A stretch of 63,936 nucleotides of DNA, filler included, from Perkinsus olseni (taxonomy: Eukaryota): assembly GCA_013115125.1 (NCBI GenBank). It is 3 parts of 3 records of this genome, joined end to end, with 100 filler letters (N's around TTAATTAATTAA, not from the genome) between each part and the next. Parts side by side here need not be neighbours in the genome. Positions count along the whole stretch, not along the records: positions 1 to 22,145 come from JABANN010000544.1; 2 more parts are not named here. One strand, given 5' to 3'. Position numbers and translations under genes: made by a program. Shown one piece after another: positions 1-12,758 of this stretch. Position 1 is the first letter of the stretch. The number at the start of each line of letters is the position of its first letter. The notes beneath the pieces are model-generated. The model saw only the letters and a list, made by a program, of their open reading frames with translations. It was not told where the DNA came from and searched no databases.

Positions 1-300
1 TCCTCGGACTCGGGGCCTGGTAAATTTCCCTCGGACTCGGAACCCGGAAACGAAAAGCACTTGAATAGGCCCCGGGTCTTTAAGACCCCGAAAACTTTTT
101 GAACTTGGAACTCGGAAAGCTCAGCACTTTAATCGACAATCGTGAAATCGCCTCACTCGGAATCGAGTGACACGATTTCCGAGCTCGGGAAAAAGCTCGG
201 ATTTTAGAACGCACTTTAATTCATAGTTTTTATTCGAGCTCGGCAGAGCCGCTTTTCCGAGAACTTGGACTCGGAAGTCAGAGCACTTTAATCGGCTCCA
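1..300. repeat. Degenerate CTCGGA-rich repeat region with palindromes
   Basis: GCACTTTAAT recurs at 124, 211 and 283 (variant at 57). The blocks 101-135 and 260-294 are near-identical. Hairpins GGGTCTT-t-AAGACCC (74-88) and TCACTCG-gaat-CGAGTGA (153-170). Confidence 0.6.
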
Positions 301-2656
301 GGCCGGACACGGAAGCCAGCCAGGCATTGCCCAGACCCCGCCATGGTCGGGAAAACCCTGTAACACAACAAAGCTAGAGGTGTCAGAAGCAGCAGTGAGT
401 CCCAGCATCAGGAAGGGAAAAGAAGGAACGACAAAACCCCTCTAAGGGAACAAAAGCAGGCGAAGAGGGCCAAAACCAAGAAAATTGTAATGTAGGAATT
501 TGGGGGGCCAAGCGGAAATTTTGGGGCGAGCTCTAAAATTTGCTCCGCCGAACTCGAAAAATTCGGCGGCAAGCCCTCTAAAGCGGGTGTTGAGCAATGA
601 GTGTTTGATGTGACCCTTATAGTTAACGCAAGCCATCGTACATAGTCATAGGTCTCAGTAGTTCTTCACAGTAAGAGTTCCAAAGACGTCTGAATCATAT
701 TGAGCTAACATTGAGACTTCTTCCATCCCATGTTTATGCGTGCTGCTAGCATCGAAAGTATTGCAAGTTTCCAAGTTTTGGCAACGAGTTGCAACATGGG
801 CAAAGTGCGCCGATAAAAATTAAATGCAAAGCAAAAGATTCGCTCCGCTTTCCCGCCGTTCACACCGCTGGGATCAGCGATGGTGACTCCCTCGGAGGAA
901 CTCCCTTCCAAGTTTGTCAATCAGTGACTGGGAATTCCTTCCACAGCTTCCCTCTTGTTATAATGCAAACCTTCATTATTTGGATAGCCCCTGTCATCTG
1001 TTCGATGATTCACATACCGCAAGTGTACGGAGCAACGGCCTTCAACACCGACAATAACGGAAAGTCCATGGATAAGAGCTCGGCGAGAAATAGACTGATA
1101 CTCCGCGCTCGTCGTTGAGTTGATAGTCTCATAAGAAGACGCAGAAGTCAACCAATGCCGGATACCTCCACAAGTGCCAAACGCAAACGAGATGAGCCCG
1201 AATCGGAATCGCCTCTAGCCAAATGAACGACGCTCAGTCAGGATTCTCCATTGCAACCATCAGTAGAGGTATCGCCTATTTTTAAGGTGTGGTAGATTTA
1301 GCCTCTCCAGAAGCCACCTCAACACCAAGCCTTGATGATTGAGACATATTATTGTAAATATTAATAATACGAGTGGGAGTTAATAAGGTAACAAATGACA
1401 GATGCAATCACAGATCGGCATTGACTCATCAGATCATGTCACTCGATTAGTAATGATGGATGAATGGTAATAGCTAGAATCATCATCTACACAATACAGC
1501 TGAAGTATCTTGTGTTGAAGGACGGTGGTTGGATCATGAGTAGAGGAAAGACTGACAGAGCTGCACATTATCACAGCGCGCTCGCCACAAAGGGAGTAAG
1601 CATCGTTTCACTTTACCTCCTTCAGGACGGTCAATGTGGTGCAGATTATCATGCGAAATCCGACGCTTCAGGAGGCATTGCAGTTCGTACAGAAATGTGC
1701 GTATTGTCGTTTACCTCGTCCTCCGGCCTTGTCTACATCACTAAAACCGTTGAGAATACTGGAGAAACTCTGCAAATTTCAAGTGCTCTGTGCGGAGGAG
1801 TACAATACGTGATGTAAGGCTTCGGCTTCCTGACGGGATCTCCTTTGCGCTCTGTCGGGTTCAATGGTGAATCGTTGTTTCGTTCTAAGAAAGGTTCAAC
1901 TCTATCAAGCGCCGCATAGCGTTTTGAATCTCATTTTCCGTTTCCCGATAGGTGATATGGGATTTTTTTGATCATCGTCTTTTATTGAGTAATTATGAAT
2001 TTGAGTATCGAGGTTGTCGTTGTGGTAGTTGTCGATCATGTGGAGATTTGACAGTTCTCGAATCGGGAATCCCGATTGGAGTGACGATCCATGATGAAGG
2101 TTGACTCTGGTGTTTCTCGTTCGGCGTTCACAGTAGGCTTCTCGGACGACATCGCCGTAAGATCGGACACCTTTGGAGTAGCATTGAGGTTGGCTTTTTC
2201 ATCGTCGTATGAAAAAATGTATAGAGAAGTCGTCCTATCAGAGGGTCGGTCGTCTTGCGGCAAGCAAGCTGGTCGATACCTGACTTAGTTCCAGTTCATT
2301 TGTTCATGGATGTTTTCAGAAATTACGAGGGAGTCCACGGGATGGTGATAGAAAACGACTTCATCGACCTTGGCCTACCTGATCCCCTTCATGATTTCAA
2401 TTCCGAGGCCTTCCGCCTGCCCTGCTTGGAAGTTTTCTACAAGTGGCAGAGAAATTTCTTCCCGACCACTCCTGTTAGGAATTTGCTGGACAAGACGACT
2501 TGTGAGGAGATGATTAACCATGTATGCGGCATCTATGATGGACTCTTGTCATGAGATGATTTGCGAAAGTTTTGGTAGGTGCATGCTAACCGGAATACGT
2601 GTGCATTGATGTTCATGTGTTGTTCATGGAAAGCTTCTCGTGTTGTGCATTATAGA

Positions 2657-2803
2657 AGAGTATCTTAGGTCGATCCGAGGCAGTTGCATGTCGCTGTGAG
2701 AGTATCTTAGGTCGATCCGAGGCAGTTGCATGTCGCTGCGAGAGTATCTTAGGTCGACCCGAACTAATTGCATATTTCAGAAGGGATATCTTAGGTCGAT
2801 CCC
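2657..2803. repeat. 42-bp tandem repeat (about 3.5 units) containing TATCTTAGGTCGA
   Basis: TATCTTAGGTCGA starts at 2661, 2703, 2745 and 2787 (exact 42-bp period). The first two units are nearly identical. Confidence 0.9.
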
Positions 2804-3125
2804 AGTTGTTTGTGTTTGTCCTCCTCTTCCTCCCATGGCCAGAGGAAATGCCCCTTAGGAGAAGAGCTCGCTGGCTCGATAAGCGACCATTTCTTCTAAG
2901 TCGCTGTACTTCTTTTTGATGGGATCAGATTTGGTATCTTGTTGGCCATTGAACTCCATTTTTTTCACTTATGGAACGAACGAGTGTTGATATTTTTTCG
3001 CTTACTGAAGGTTAGATTGACCAATTTCAATCCGATTGCAATTGCCCGTCCATCTTGCCAATTGTGCCTAGCAGTCAACAGTATCCGAGGTTTACCCTAG
3101 CTGTTTGTACCGCTTTCCCCTCGTC

Positions 3126-6100
3126 ATGGCCAAAGGCAACGTCTCCCAGAAGAAGAGGACGCTGGTGCGTTGCGCGACTCTGTTCGCCGTGCCACCGCTC
3201 ATTCTCCTGTTCGGATGGGGTTGGATAACGCTAGGTCAGGTGTCTTCAATTCCTTCCCATCCCATTCCTTCGCTCTTCTTGTCTTCTCAGGCGTTTCCTT
3301 GGGGATTTCGGTGCTGGCTTGTTTGGCATTGATATTTGCGAGAAGCTCGAGCGTTTCTCGGTACCCTTTCCTCTGGCGATTGATTGTAAGTTCACGTTGA
3401 ATTTGGGGCGAGCTTGGTTATATGGAAACATGAATAAATAAGCATGAGCGAAGCAATCAGATCTTCGGATATGGTTGAAAGCCTCGGCATCATGATGAAT
3501 TATAATGAAAACTCAAAAAATTTTCCGAAATGATCCGAAAATTTCAGGGTTTTCGGGGAATTTCGAACCGTTCTTCGACTACTCTCCTATTTTTGCTCAG
3601 GCATTTTATCTAATACAAGTACTAGTTTGCGCAGTAGTCTACAGTATGGTCACCCCAGAGATGGACAGCAGAGCGAAATCGGTCTTCATTATGGCGCCCG
3701 GTGGTAAACTGAGGGGAGATGAGAAGGTCCAAGCTGGTGGGGCAGCGAAACAAAAGGAGAAAGGTAGTCCGTGGTTTTTGATCTGTCGGGCAGATAAGCT
3801 CGATTGGCCTCATTATGAGGACGGCTCGTGAATTTTATGGTATTGTATTGGACCGATTATAGAAATAGTTGAGTGGTTTCTTCTTGCATCTGTCATTGTG
3901 AGAGCAATGGAACTTCTCTCGATAAGGTCTGGTTGTTATCGGCAGTTTTCTGAATGCGTTCGGTGAGTAATTGGAGGCAATTCTGCTGCAGCCTAGATCG
4001 ACCCGTGTACTTCGCATAATATTTTACCCTGACGTAGTTCAGCACTCGGTCGTGGAAGTTAAGAGTAACGGAAAACTTGGTATTTATGCTCACTCAGGTC
4101 CTGAAGATTTCGCCCAACCCGGCGGAGCCTTGCCTGGCGGATTCATGGCCCAACCTAAGATCAGTGTCGTAATACAAAAGGGCGGCGAGGTGTCCATAGT
4201 GGCACTGAACTCCGTTGTTCGTTCGCGTGAAAGCGGGTGTCGCGGCGACACTGTCGCCTCGCGTGAAAAAACCCATTCGCGTTTCCACGCTTTTTCCCCA
4301 CTCGGGTATGAGTTCGGTAATGCGAAAAGCATAGTTGTTCTTTCCACGGTTAAATTACGGAATGGTTTTCTTCAACCTCGAAATTCCGGTGGGATAATTT
4401 CTTCATGGTTACCAATGGTAATTGATCGCTGATACTTCTCCAGATAAGTTCCCGAAAAGTTGGTATCGAAAATCGTCAGTTTCATATCTTGAAATCCGGA
4501 ATATATATACGATATGGAGTTCCGCTTCAACAAGCTTCGGTACACGCGGTCTCAAACTTTGCATCTTCAGATCTTTCGGTCATGTCGCGCGCCGCGAAAC
4601 TGGACCGGCTTCCCCCAGACCGTTTCGTGATGTATTTTCCTCAGGTCCTGCCCTGCGCAAACGAGGGAGAATTTATGGTTAAAACTGCTCAGTCAATTAA
4701 CGAGTTCACACCGGCGTATTCCCTGCATGAGGTTGTAAGTGGGGAAGTAGCATAAATCAGCGGGCGGTTGAGTGGTCGGAAAGTTCATATTAACACCTGC
4801 TAAAGATACGAGTGAGGAGTCAGCTGCGTTTTGATCATATTTTTCGGGAAATGCTTGACGTGCGGATCGCCATGCATGACCGTATGAAATGGCGCGGATT
4901 GTGATTGGGGAATTGTTCGGGTCTTCTGGGCGAAGCTGTCCAGGTTGATGACAAATGGTGAAATTGAGTGACTTTTGATGAGAAACTAGCAGCACCTGCA
5001 ACAAAGTCGGTTCATTTATACAGAAAGGAACAACGCTGGAAGAATTCTTCCACTGGAAATTCCTTGTAAGTTTGAAGTCGAAGTTCGTTGTGAAGTTGAA
5101 ATCTTCCACAAAAGGGGAGTCTCTTCTTTAGAAAGCTTGCGAAGACGTGTAAACGCGTCTTCACCACTTGGTGAGAATCTCTTTGAATCAAGCATTCAAG
5201 AGTGTATCGTGCATGGAAACCGATTTTTGGGGGGATTTTTATCAAATTTCTGGAAGAAGAAATGCCCGTGTTCGATTGCGAATCTACATGGTGCCAGGTT
5301 GTTGTTGATGATGGTAGTACTCCGCCCCTGAGGACACTTCTGACGGACGAACAACAAGAAAAGTAAGTGTGATCGGCAGGAAGTGTTTTTTTGGTAATTT
5401 ACTGTTTTTCACGGTAATTTACTGGTTATTTTTTGGTAATTTCCTGATAATTTTTTTAGGTTGAAAATCACTTGGGTGCGGCATGAGCATTTCACTGGTC
5501 TCATTAATGCTAAGAGCAAAGGTAATACCTAAAAAACTTTGCGACAGATTGGTGAGCTTGTACTGCTCTTTGCTGTGTGATGGTTTGAGGAAGAGAATCT
5601 TAGGTTGAACCTTGCTTGTTACGCAGGTGCTGCAGCTGCCACTGGTGATATCATCATTTTCTTGGATTGCCATGTTAAGCCTGCGGAAGGATGGGATAAG
5701 CCGATCGTCGATTTCATCAAGAGCAATTATAAGCGTAATAAGAGCGGGTGGCAGAGATATTATATTTTCGTTGACATATCTTTACGAACGAAGAGGTATT
5801 TCGGTTGCTCGTGGACACCCAATTCTCAATCTATGCAGGAATGGGTGTACGCGTCGTATCTTATGTCCTTGCTGGCATCATACGGAGAGGTTCATGTTGA
5901 TGATTTTGGCATTTAGTTTTACAAAAAAATAGGAAAAACTAAAACTCTTTTAGTTTTTGCTGAGGAAACCGAGTCTGGAAACCGCAGTTTGTGCTCCGAC
6001 GTTGCTCCAGTGAATCAGCAGGAAAATCCCAGAGTTACGTGTGGTTTTCCAGTGGAATTTTCTCATCTCGTATAATGGCACTGCGCTTTCTCGACTGGAT

Positions 6101-9100
6101 CTTTCTATTTTCAGGAGTCGTCGTGCCGTCCATTACTGATCTTGATCCCGACACTTGGGAAGAGCATCGCGGAGGAGGCGGCATGTCCAAGTGCTATCTG
6201 ACTTGGGATGCTGATTTCAAGTGGTTCACTTCGGATGATATGTAGTAATCTTGCTCTCTTGCATTTCCTCAACGCTAATGTATCAGGTATGTGCCGATCA
6301 TGTCCGGTGGCTTGCTTGCGATGTCTAAGAAGTGGTGGGATGAGACGGGGGGGTATGATGAGAATATGCTCGGTTGGGGCGGAGAGAATATCGATCAAAG
6401 TCTTCGGATATGGTTGTGTGGCGGAGAGATTGTAATAACGGGAAAGGGCGTCTACTGCGAAACTCGACTCCCCTGGATTTTCACGCGAAGTTTGGCAAAA
6501 CGGCGATGTAAAATGCGACATGTGTTTTTTACTAGTGTTTTTCGCACTGTGGGTGAACTTCCACCGGCGTCTGAGATTCTCAGTTTTGCTTTCGCTGCAG
6601 TTTTAGCCATTTTGTATTTTCGTACCTGAGCTCGGTGTTGGATCGTCACGAGATTAGTTACGAAAGTTTTGGTATGGTCAATTGTTTTTATTCATCCTCA
6701 GGTTAACGCGCAGGATTCCTATGTAGCGCACATGTGGAGGTTGTCCAGTCGGCCGAAGACAAGGGCTAAGTACACAGTACCGGGAGGAGCGGTCACTACC
6801 AACAGGTAATTTCGTGGCGCGTGACGGTTTGTTGATGACTTTTTTCACTGCGCCACGAAATTTGAGTGCATCAGGTACCGTGCTGCCATGGCGTGGTACG
6901 ATGAGTGGCTTGAGAAGCTCGAGACGTATCCGGAGTTCTCACAATTCGCGCCGGGCGGACTGCGGTACAAGGACCGTCCTGATATCAGTAAGATATCTTA
7001 TGCGCACAGCGAAGAGTATCTTATGTTGACCAGGCAATATCTTGGAGGTTAAGGAAAGGCTGAAGTGCAAGCCATTTGGGTGGTTCTTACGGAGGTAATT
7101 TCGTGGCGTGCGGAACTTTAATTGGCCCCTTCTGTTCGCGGCACGGGCTTTGTGCTACTAGCACAGAGCTAATGCCTAGCGTATCCGTCGATTAGGATCA
7201 TAACTCGGGTCCTAAGCGTGTATTAGAAAAGCATCGCAGACAATAGTGATTATAGCATTCCATGCGTGAGAGAGCGGCTAGTTCACAACATGGCGAGAGT
7301 TCCTCGTGGTGGAAAAAGGAGTAATTTTTCGGTGCAGTATCCGAAAACGGCGGGAAATTGTAGCTCTTGTGTTCCGAGCGAAGCAGTGATGGCGGAAATG
7401 ATAGGTATGTTTTCATTCTGAATCGATTTATCATCGTTCTCGCCGAAGCTGTTCAGTAAATAAATGCTTATGATAAATCAAAATTTCATCATCAGAAACT
7501 AATTAGCGACTATTGTTCGTAATGATAGCAATGAGGAAACGATTTATTCTTGCTGGTTGCCTTCAGATTTAAGAAGGTATATTTCGACGGTGGTCTGGTA
7601 CCCGATAAAGTATTCCACATAAAGGATGAGAGGACCAACATGTGCATTGAGCGCAAGGGAGGTGATAGCGGTTGGAAGCGCGAACTTTCTGTGGGCGAGA
7701 TAGAGTTTTTCTTGAGGGAAAAATTTTCGTGATTTTCAGATTTTGTGAAAATATTTCATCTGCTCGATGGTGGTCGGATCCCGGCCAGGTTGCAGCGGGT
7801 TGCTGGCAAGTTTTCGCCCTTTTTCGGTGGGAGCAAAATTACACTTCTCTTTTTTCTCTCATGCATTGACCGTCTGAGGTGAAAACTGGTTTTTGAGGTC
7901 TCTATGGGAGGATAGGAATGATCTGCGGGTCGTTGAAAGGAGTGTGGGAAGTTATCGTGGTCATCTCGGAGTTTGCCAGGCACTAAGGTAGTACTGAGGC
8001 CTTGTTCGGAGCAATCGCCTGGCCAGCTGTGGCATGGGGCGAATAGGGATACTCTTACTAACACATGTTGCTCGTCATTCCGGTAAGACCGAGGCACAGG
8101 TTCGATCCCGGCGAATGTTGTTTTTCGTTAGAAATTGGAACACTGATCAATGCCTAGCGATTGACTCTATTGGAGGCCAGTTATACACGGGAGTTTGCAG
8201 TACCTGGGGAGATTTCACCAGTCAATGGATTAAGCTGGATGAGGCTACGCATCAACTGTAAGAGGTCCCTGGTTCGAATCCTAGTAGAGATATTTTTCTG
8301 TATTTCTCAGACAAATTGCTCCTGGGGCTTATGCGAAGACCCGCAGTGGTTGCATTGGCGGGCAGCGGCCGAAGGGCACTGACGTGACGTTGGAGGATTG
8401 TGAGAATCCGAACTTCAGGCAAATCTTCAAGGTTGGATCGGGGCACTTCTTTGCTGTGCGGTCGATGGTGGTATCTTAGGTCGATGATAAGACAGGAGGG
8501 ATGTTGGAGGTTCAGAGTGGAGAGTGTCTTACTGCAGCGAATGGCAAATTCGAGTTGTCACCATGCGAGATTGATAGCGACACTGGAAAGGTACATTTTG
8601 TGGCAACTGAAAAAATCTTGGGCTGATGCGTGCAAGTCCTGATATCAATTTTCCCCCGTGATCAGGTTGGAGGAGAGCAGAAGTTCTCTCTTGTTGACTT
8701 CGATGGCAAGACTCGGATCGAGGCACGAGATCTTGGCGGCCAGACGCTTTGTGCTGATAGTGCCTCGGGAAGCCAGCTTCTATTGTATAGCTGCTACGAT
8801 GCTACTGTAAGTCGGCCGGTGAAGCATGGGTGGGCGTATCTTTCGACGGTTTCGCATCATTTGAATGCGGAGGCCTTCCTCTGAGATCTTTCCTCATCAT
8901 TGGAGTTTGACGGATTCATTAATCGCATTGCGCGGCATATAATTTCCGTGAAGTAGAAGCACGGAAGTAATCGGTATGAAACGATTGCATTTGCAAGGAA
9001 AACGCATGAGCAAGGATCGAATGAACGATGAAATGGCGTGATGAAATAGCCGCACATGTCATCCGTTGGAGAACTAGCAAGATGGAGTTTGGCGCTTGTT

Positions 9101-12100
9101 TTCCTTTACCGTCCTCCCGAACGCGACTGGAACTCCATCGTCGTTTGTTATTCAATTTCGTTGGATTATACAGCCAGTGACCGATATAGAAGTTCAGAAT
9201 TTTTTTCGGGGCGCGAGGAGCATTCTGTCGATGGTTACACAAGTATGGAACGGTTGATCGATTTCGAAGTCTCACGCCTGATCATTCTGACTGGTACCAT
9301 GGACTGCCAGATGCCGAATAGTGAAGAGCGGGGTTACAGTTACACCCCTACAGTTACAGGCGCGAAGGCAATGTTTTGGTTTTTCAGTACCACAATACCA
9401 ATCAAGCCTGGAAATTTGAAGACAAAATTAACGGGGGAGCGATACGGTAAGGGTGGAGCAATTCGGCGTGGTGAATCCTTCAACGTTCGCGTCTGACCTT
9501 AGATTCACCGGAGGCTCGAACTTGGGTAAATGTTTCTCGGTTAAGAACGAAGCGAAGACGACTCAGCCGGTAGGTAGCGGGCAAGAGCTCACGCATTGTC
9601 TTCAGCTATCCGCACATGTATTGGACAACTTTATTTTAGGTCGTTCTGGAAGGTTGTATCTCGGAAGATGGCATGACGAAATACGGTCAAAGATTCAAGA
9701 AGGAATCTGTTACTGGTGAGCTGAGGAGTGCGAAAATTTTGATAGATTTTTGCTGTACTTCCATGGAAATGTAGAGAAAATAGCGAGAAAGAACTCACGA
9801 ATCAGCACGGAGTCGCGGGTTTAACGCCGCTAGCGACTCAGTTAGGCATTTTAAATGTCACATTTTCCTGCTGAGGTCCAGAAACAGATCGATGTACGAG
9901 CATACACAGGACTGCATCAGTTTTGATTCAAATATCCGGCAGAGTCGGGAAATTGCGGGTTCGGAAACTGCGAATTCACCCGTCGATTTCTGCTCTCATC
10001 CGTAATGCCCGAGAAGCATGCTCCGTTTGACATTCGAAGAATGAGCAAACAACTGCACTGCAGTAACTGTAGCCGGGTCGCGGAGAGCAGTTGAACCCTC
10101 TCTAGCAGTGAGCCATCACTGTGAGGTTTTGTGACTTGTCCGCTCAGCTGGCAAAACTTGCGCACTTCTGGCGAGAGTTCACATGAAAGTTGGAGATGAG
10201 GATCGACTTCTCAGCTAGGCACCCTAGCCTAGGGTCCGCGCTCTTCGCCTGAACAACATCAGTCAAAAAGCTAGAGGCGATGACTCGCGGCAGATGTTTG
10301 GCAGGAACTTCTGGCGCGCTGTTCTGGACTTGCCGATTCTGGCAATCCTGAGGCACCACAGCGTAACGCTGTCAGCGTTGGCATCTTGATCAACCGGTGT
10401 AACACTCAGTTGCATCATATTGTCTTGAGCTTCCCGGTACTGTTCGACGACGACGAGGCGCAGTTCTCTCTCGCGCGCCGACTTTGCCCTCCACCTTCTT
10501 CGCTTTGATCTAAGCGCAGGGCTATGCGCGAGGAAGATGTTGTCGCTAACTGTTTCTCGTACCATATGGTAATGTCGATGAAACCGGCGAGCAGCGCCTG
10601 CACTTGCAAGTAAGCCAGAGACTGGGCAGTCTGCCGGCATAGCTATTGCAGTGAGATTGTGTTTGGGAGGCAGGAGAAGTAAGTTTCTGAACTCTTATGA
10701 GAAACCCGCTCGTTCCGTCGCGAGGCTCATGGATGCTGGTGAAATGAAGGAAGGAAACAGCCTATTGTTGAGACTGATTAACCGGAGTTTCACCCGAGAC
10801 AAAGGCAGCATGGGGGGGGGTTTCAATTGTGACGATTTGGGATCTACGGCCCGTGATTTTTAACGCAATATGGCGACCTGTTTGCAAGTGCTAAGGCAAG
10901 TTATGGTAGAGTCTATTGAGGGTGGTGAGCTGAAGAAGATACTGTGTGGTACTGTAAGTTCTGTGACTTCCATCAGTATACAGATAACCACACACGGTTC
11001 GGAGATCACTACAACGTCTAGCAGCTAGACTAGAACCTACTGCAAAAGATAACGAGGGAGGGTCTCCCTCTGCATCTGGCTTCTTCCGAAGGCGTAGGAG
11101 CTTCTCGTGGTGCCTCCGTGCATTTAAGAGTTCTCGGGGAGAGATTGATGAAGATGATGATCATGCCCTGTTGTCTGTGTGTTGTCTAGCCATTTTCGTC
11201 GAGACCTTAACAGGTTCTCGGTGGGAACAGGATCAAGGGTTGCTTCAAGCAACTTGCTTGTTCATCATCTAACGCTATGGGGAATTTCCTAAACTTCCGC
11301 GCGAACGGTTATGTCAATACTACTAAGGGTGGACCACGGAGATCGGACTGTTTCCACTTCTTTCAGCTGATGGGAAGTACTTTTCCCTTCGGGACGGCAA
11401 TTGGTGTCTGGGCGCGAGCGAGAAGACTGGACTTGCGGTAAGTCGGGGATGGCATTCATCGACGAGATTTGCAAATGGGAGCTCTCACGAGGTTGATTTT
11501 TTTCCGATGGTTCGGCAGGTGTCGCAATGTGACGAGGAAGCTTCATCGCAGAAGTGGGAGTACGCTAAGTTCAAGGGCCTAGTGAATCAAGAATCTGGAC
11601 TGTGTTTGGACGCTGGTGGAGGAAAGCAGGCCCAGTTGTAAGATACGGGCTGGAAACTTTTTGTCATATGGATCGTATATTTGACTTCTCGTTCCTGTAT
11701 GTGGTACCTTCGGTCGGAGGCACTACCTCCGAGGCATAACCTTGCGAATGCGCTCCCTTTATACAGAATCATCTTCGTTTCTGACCATTCGAAATCCTCC
11801 AGGGTTTGCTAACGGATTTTTTTCTTTAGAGTATCGCAAATTTTTTTCTTCTCATTTGTTTCGTAACCGTCTCGTAACCAATTAATTTGTGAAGGCATTG
11901 CAGGATCCTTCAACACTACCACACTAGAAATGGATTTTTTTTCACTGATCGAATCGCGAATCGAATTTGAAGTCATTCCTGCTTTTTCAGGTATACTTGT
12001 TATACAGATGGCAGCAATTCCAACCAAGTTTGGGAGTTGAACGAGGCCGGCTTCATTCGAGGAGGCCCCGATCGAACTTGCTTGGATTTCGCTCCGGTGA

Positions 12101-12657
12101 GTCCTGCGAGCTCGAGTGTTGGCAATTCGAATCGCGTTTGTTCAGGTGTCTGACGCTACCCTCAGCGGGGTTCAGTGCTCTCAGGCGAAGAACTTCAAGT
12201 GGGCTATTTACAAGCCTTTCGTAAGTCCTTGTCAGTTGCCGGGGATTTTATGCTACTTTCCAATTGATAATGAGTTATGCCGTAGAATGGGACAGAGTTC
12301 TAGATGCGCTATTGTACCTCGACCTCACCTGTTATGAGAGTGAAGGAGCCGTTTCTTATTATTTCGTATTTCGATTTACTAAAGCTAGTTGTGACGAGAC
12401 GGGCCGTCTTCTCGTCCCAGCTGCCGTGGTCAAAATTTTTCACCACATTTTCGCCCCGGTATAACGATGTTGTTTGACAGATGTTGTTGAAACTCACGTC
12501 CTTTTTTGCTTCAATGTCGACAAGTGGATCATCTTGTGAAAGATTTCAATACCTTAAGATGGATGATGTATTCTTTCAGGAGCCCTTGGAGACCCGACTT
12601 TACCACGAGGCTGAGCAGAAGTATCCTGCGGTGCTCGCCAGCGCTGATGTTAACTAA
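3126..12657 (+). CDS. Polypeptide N-acetylgalactosaminyltransferase (GT27) with extended ricin-B lectin region; many exons
   Basis: Spliced reading: N-terminal hydrophobic segments, then KISVV|VLPCANE, VVVDDGS, GLINAKSKGAAAATGDIIIFLDCH (DxH), PIMSGGLLAM, GGYDENMLGWGGENIDQSLRIWLCGG, VAHMWR, LKCKPFGWFL. Then ricin-type CLD/QxW repeats to TAA at 12655-12657. Confidence 0.92.
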
Positions 12658-12758
12658 GTCCCTGATGTTCCATTATCGTCGCCGAAGAGTCGTCGTAATT
12701 TGAATAGGTTGCCGAGTGAAGTCCTTAACTTATCTCGAAATTTTCCTCTGTTTTAACA

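Noticed and set aside
600-2560. Short ORFs suggesting a gene or retroelement remnant
   Set aside because: Frequent stops and no RT, integrase or other recognisable motif.
2657-2803. Regularly spaced repeats (also 36267-36393 and 42099-42410) as CRISPR arrays
   Set aside because: Units are contiguous with no unique spacers, no cas genes are present, and the context is eukaryotic.
8807-11518. Apparent 2.7-kb intron or insertion in the GalNAc-T gene
   Set aside because: Contains further in-frame ricin-type exons (about 9389-9446, 9503-9569, 9640-9715), so it is not one intron. No transposon ORF was recognised.
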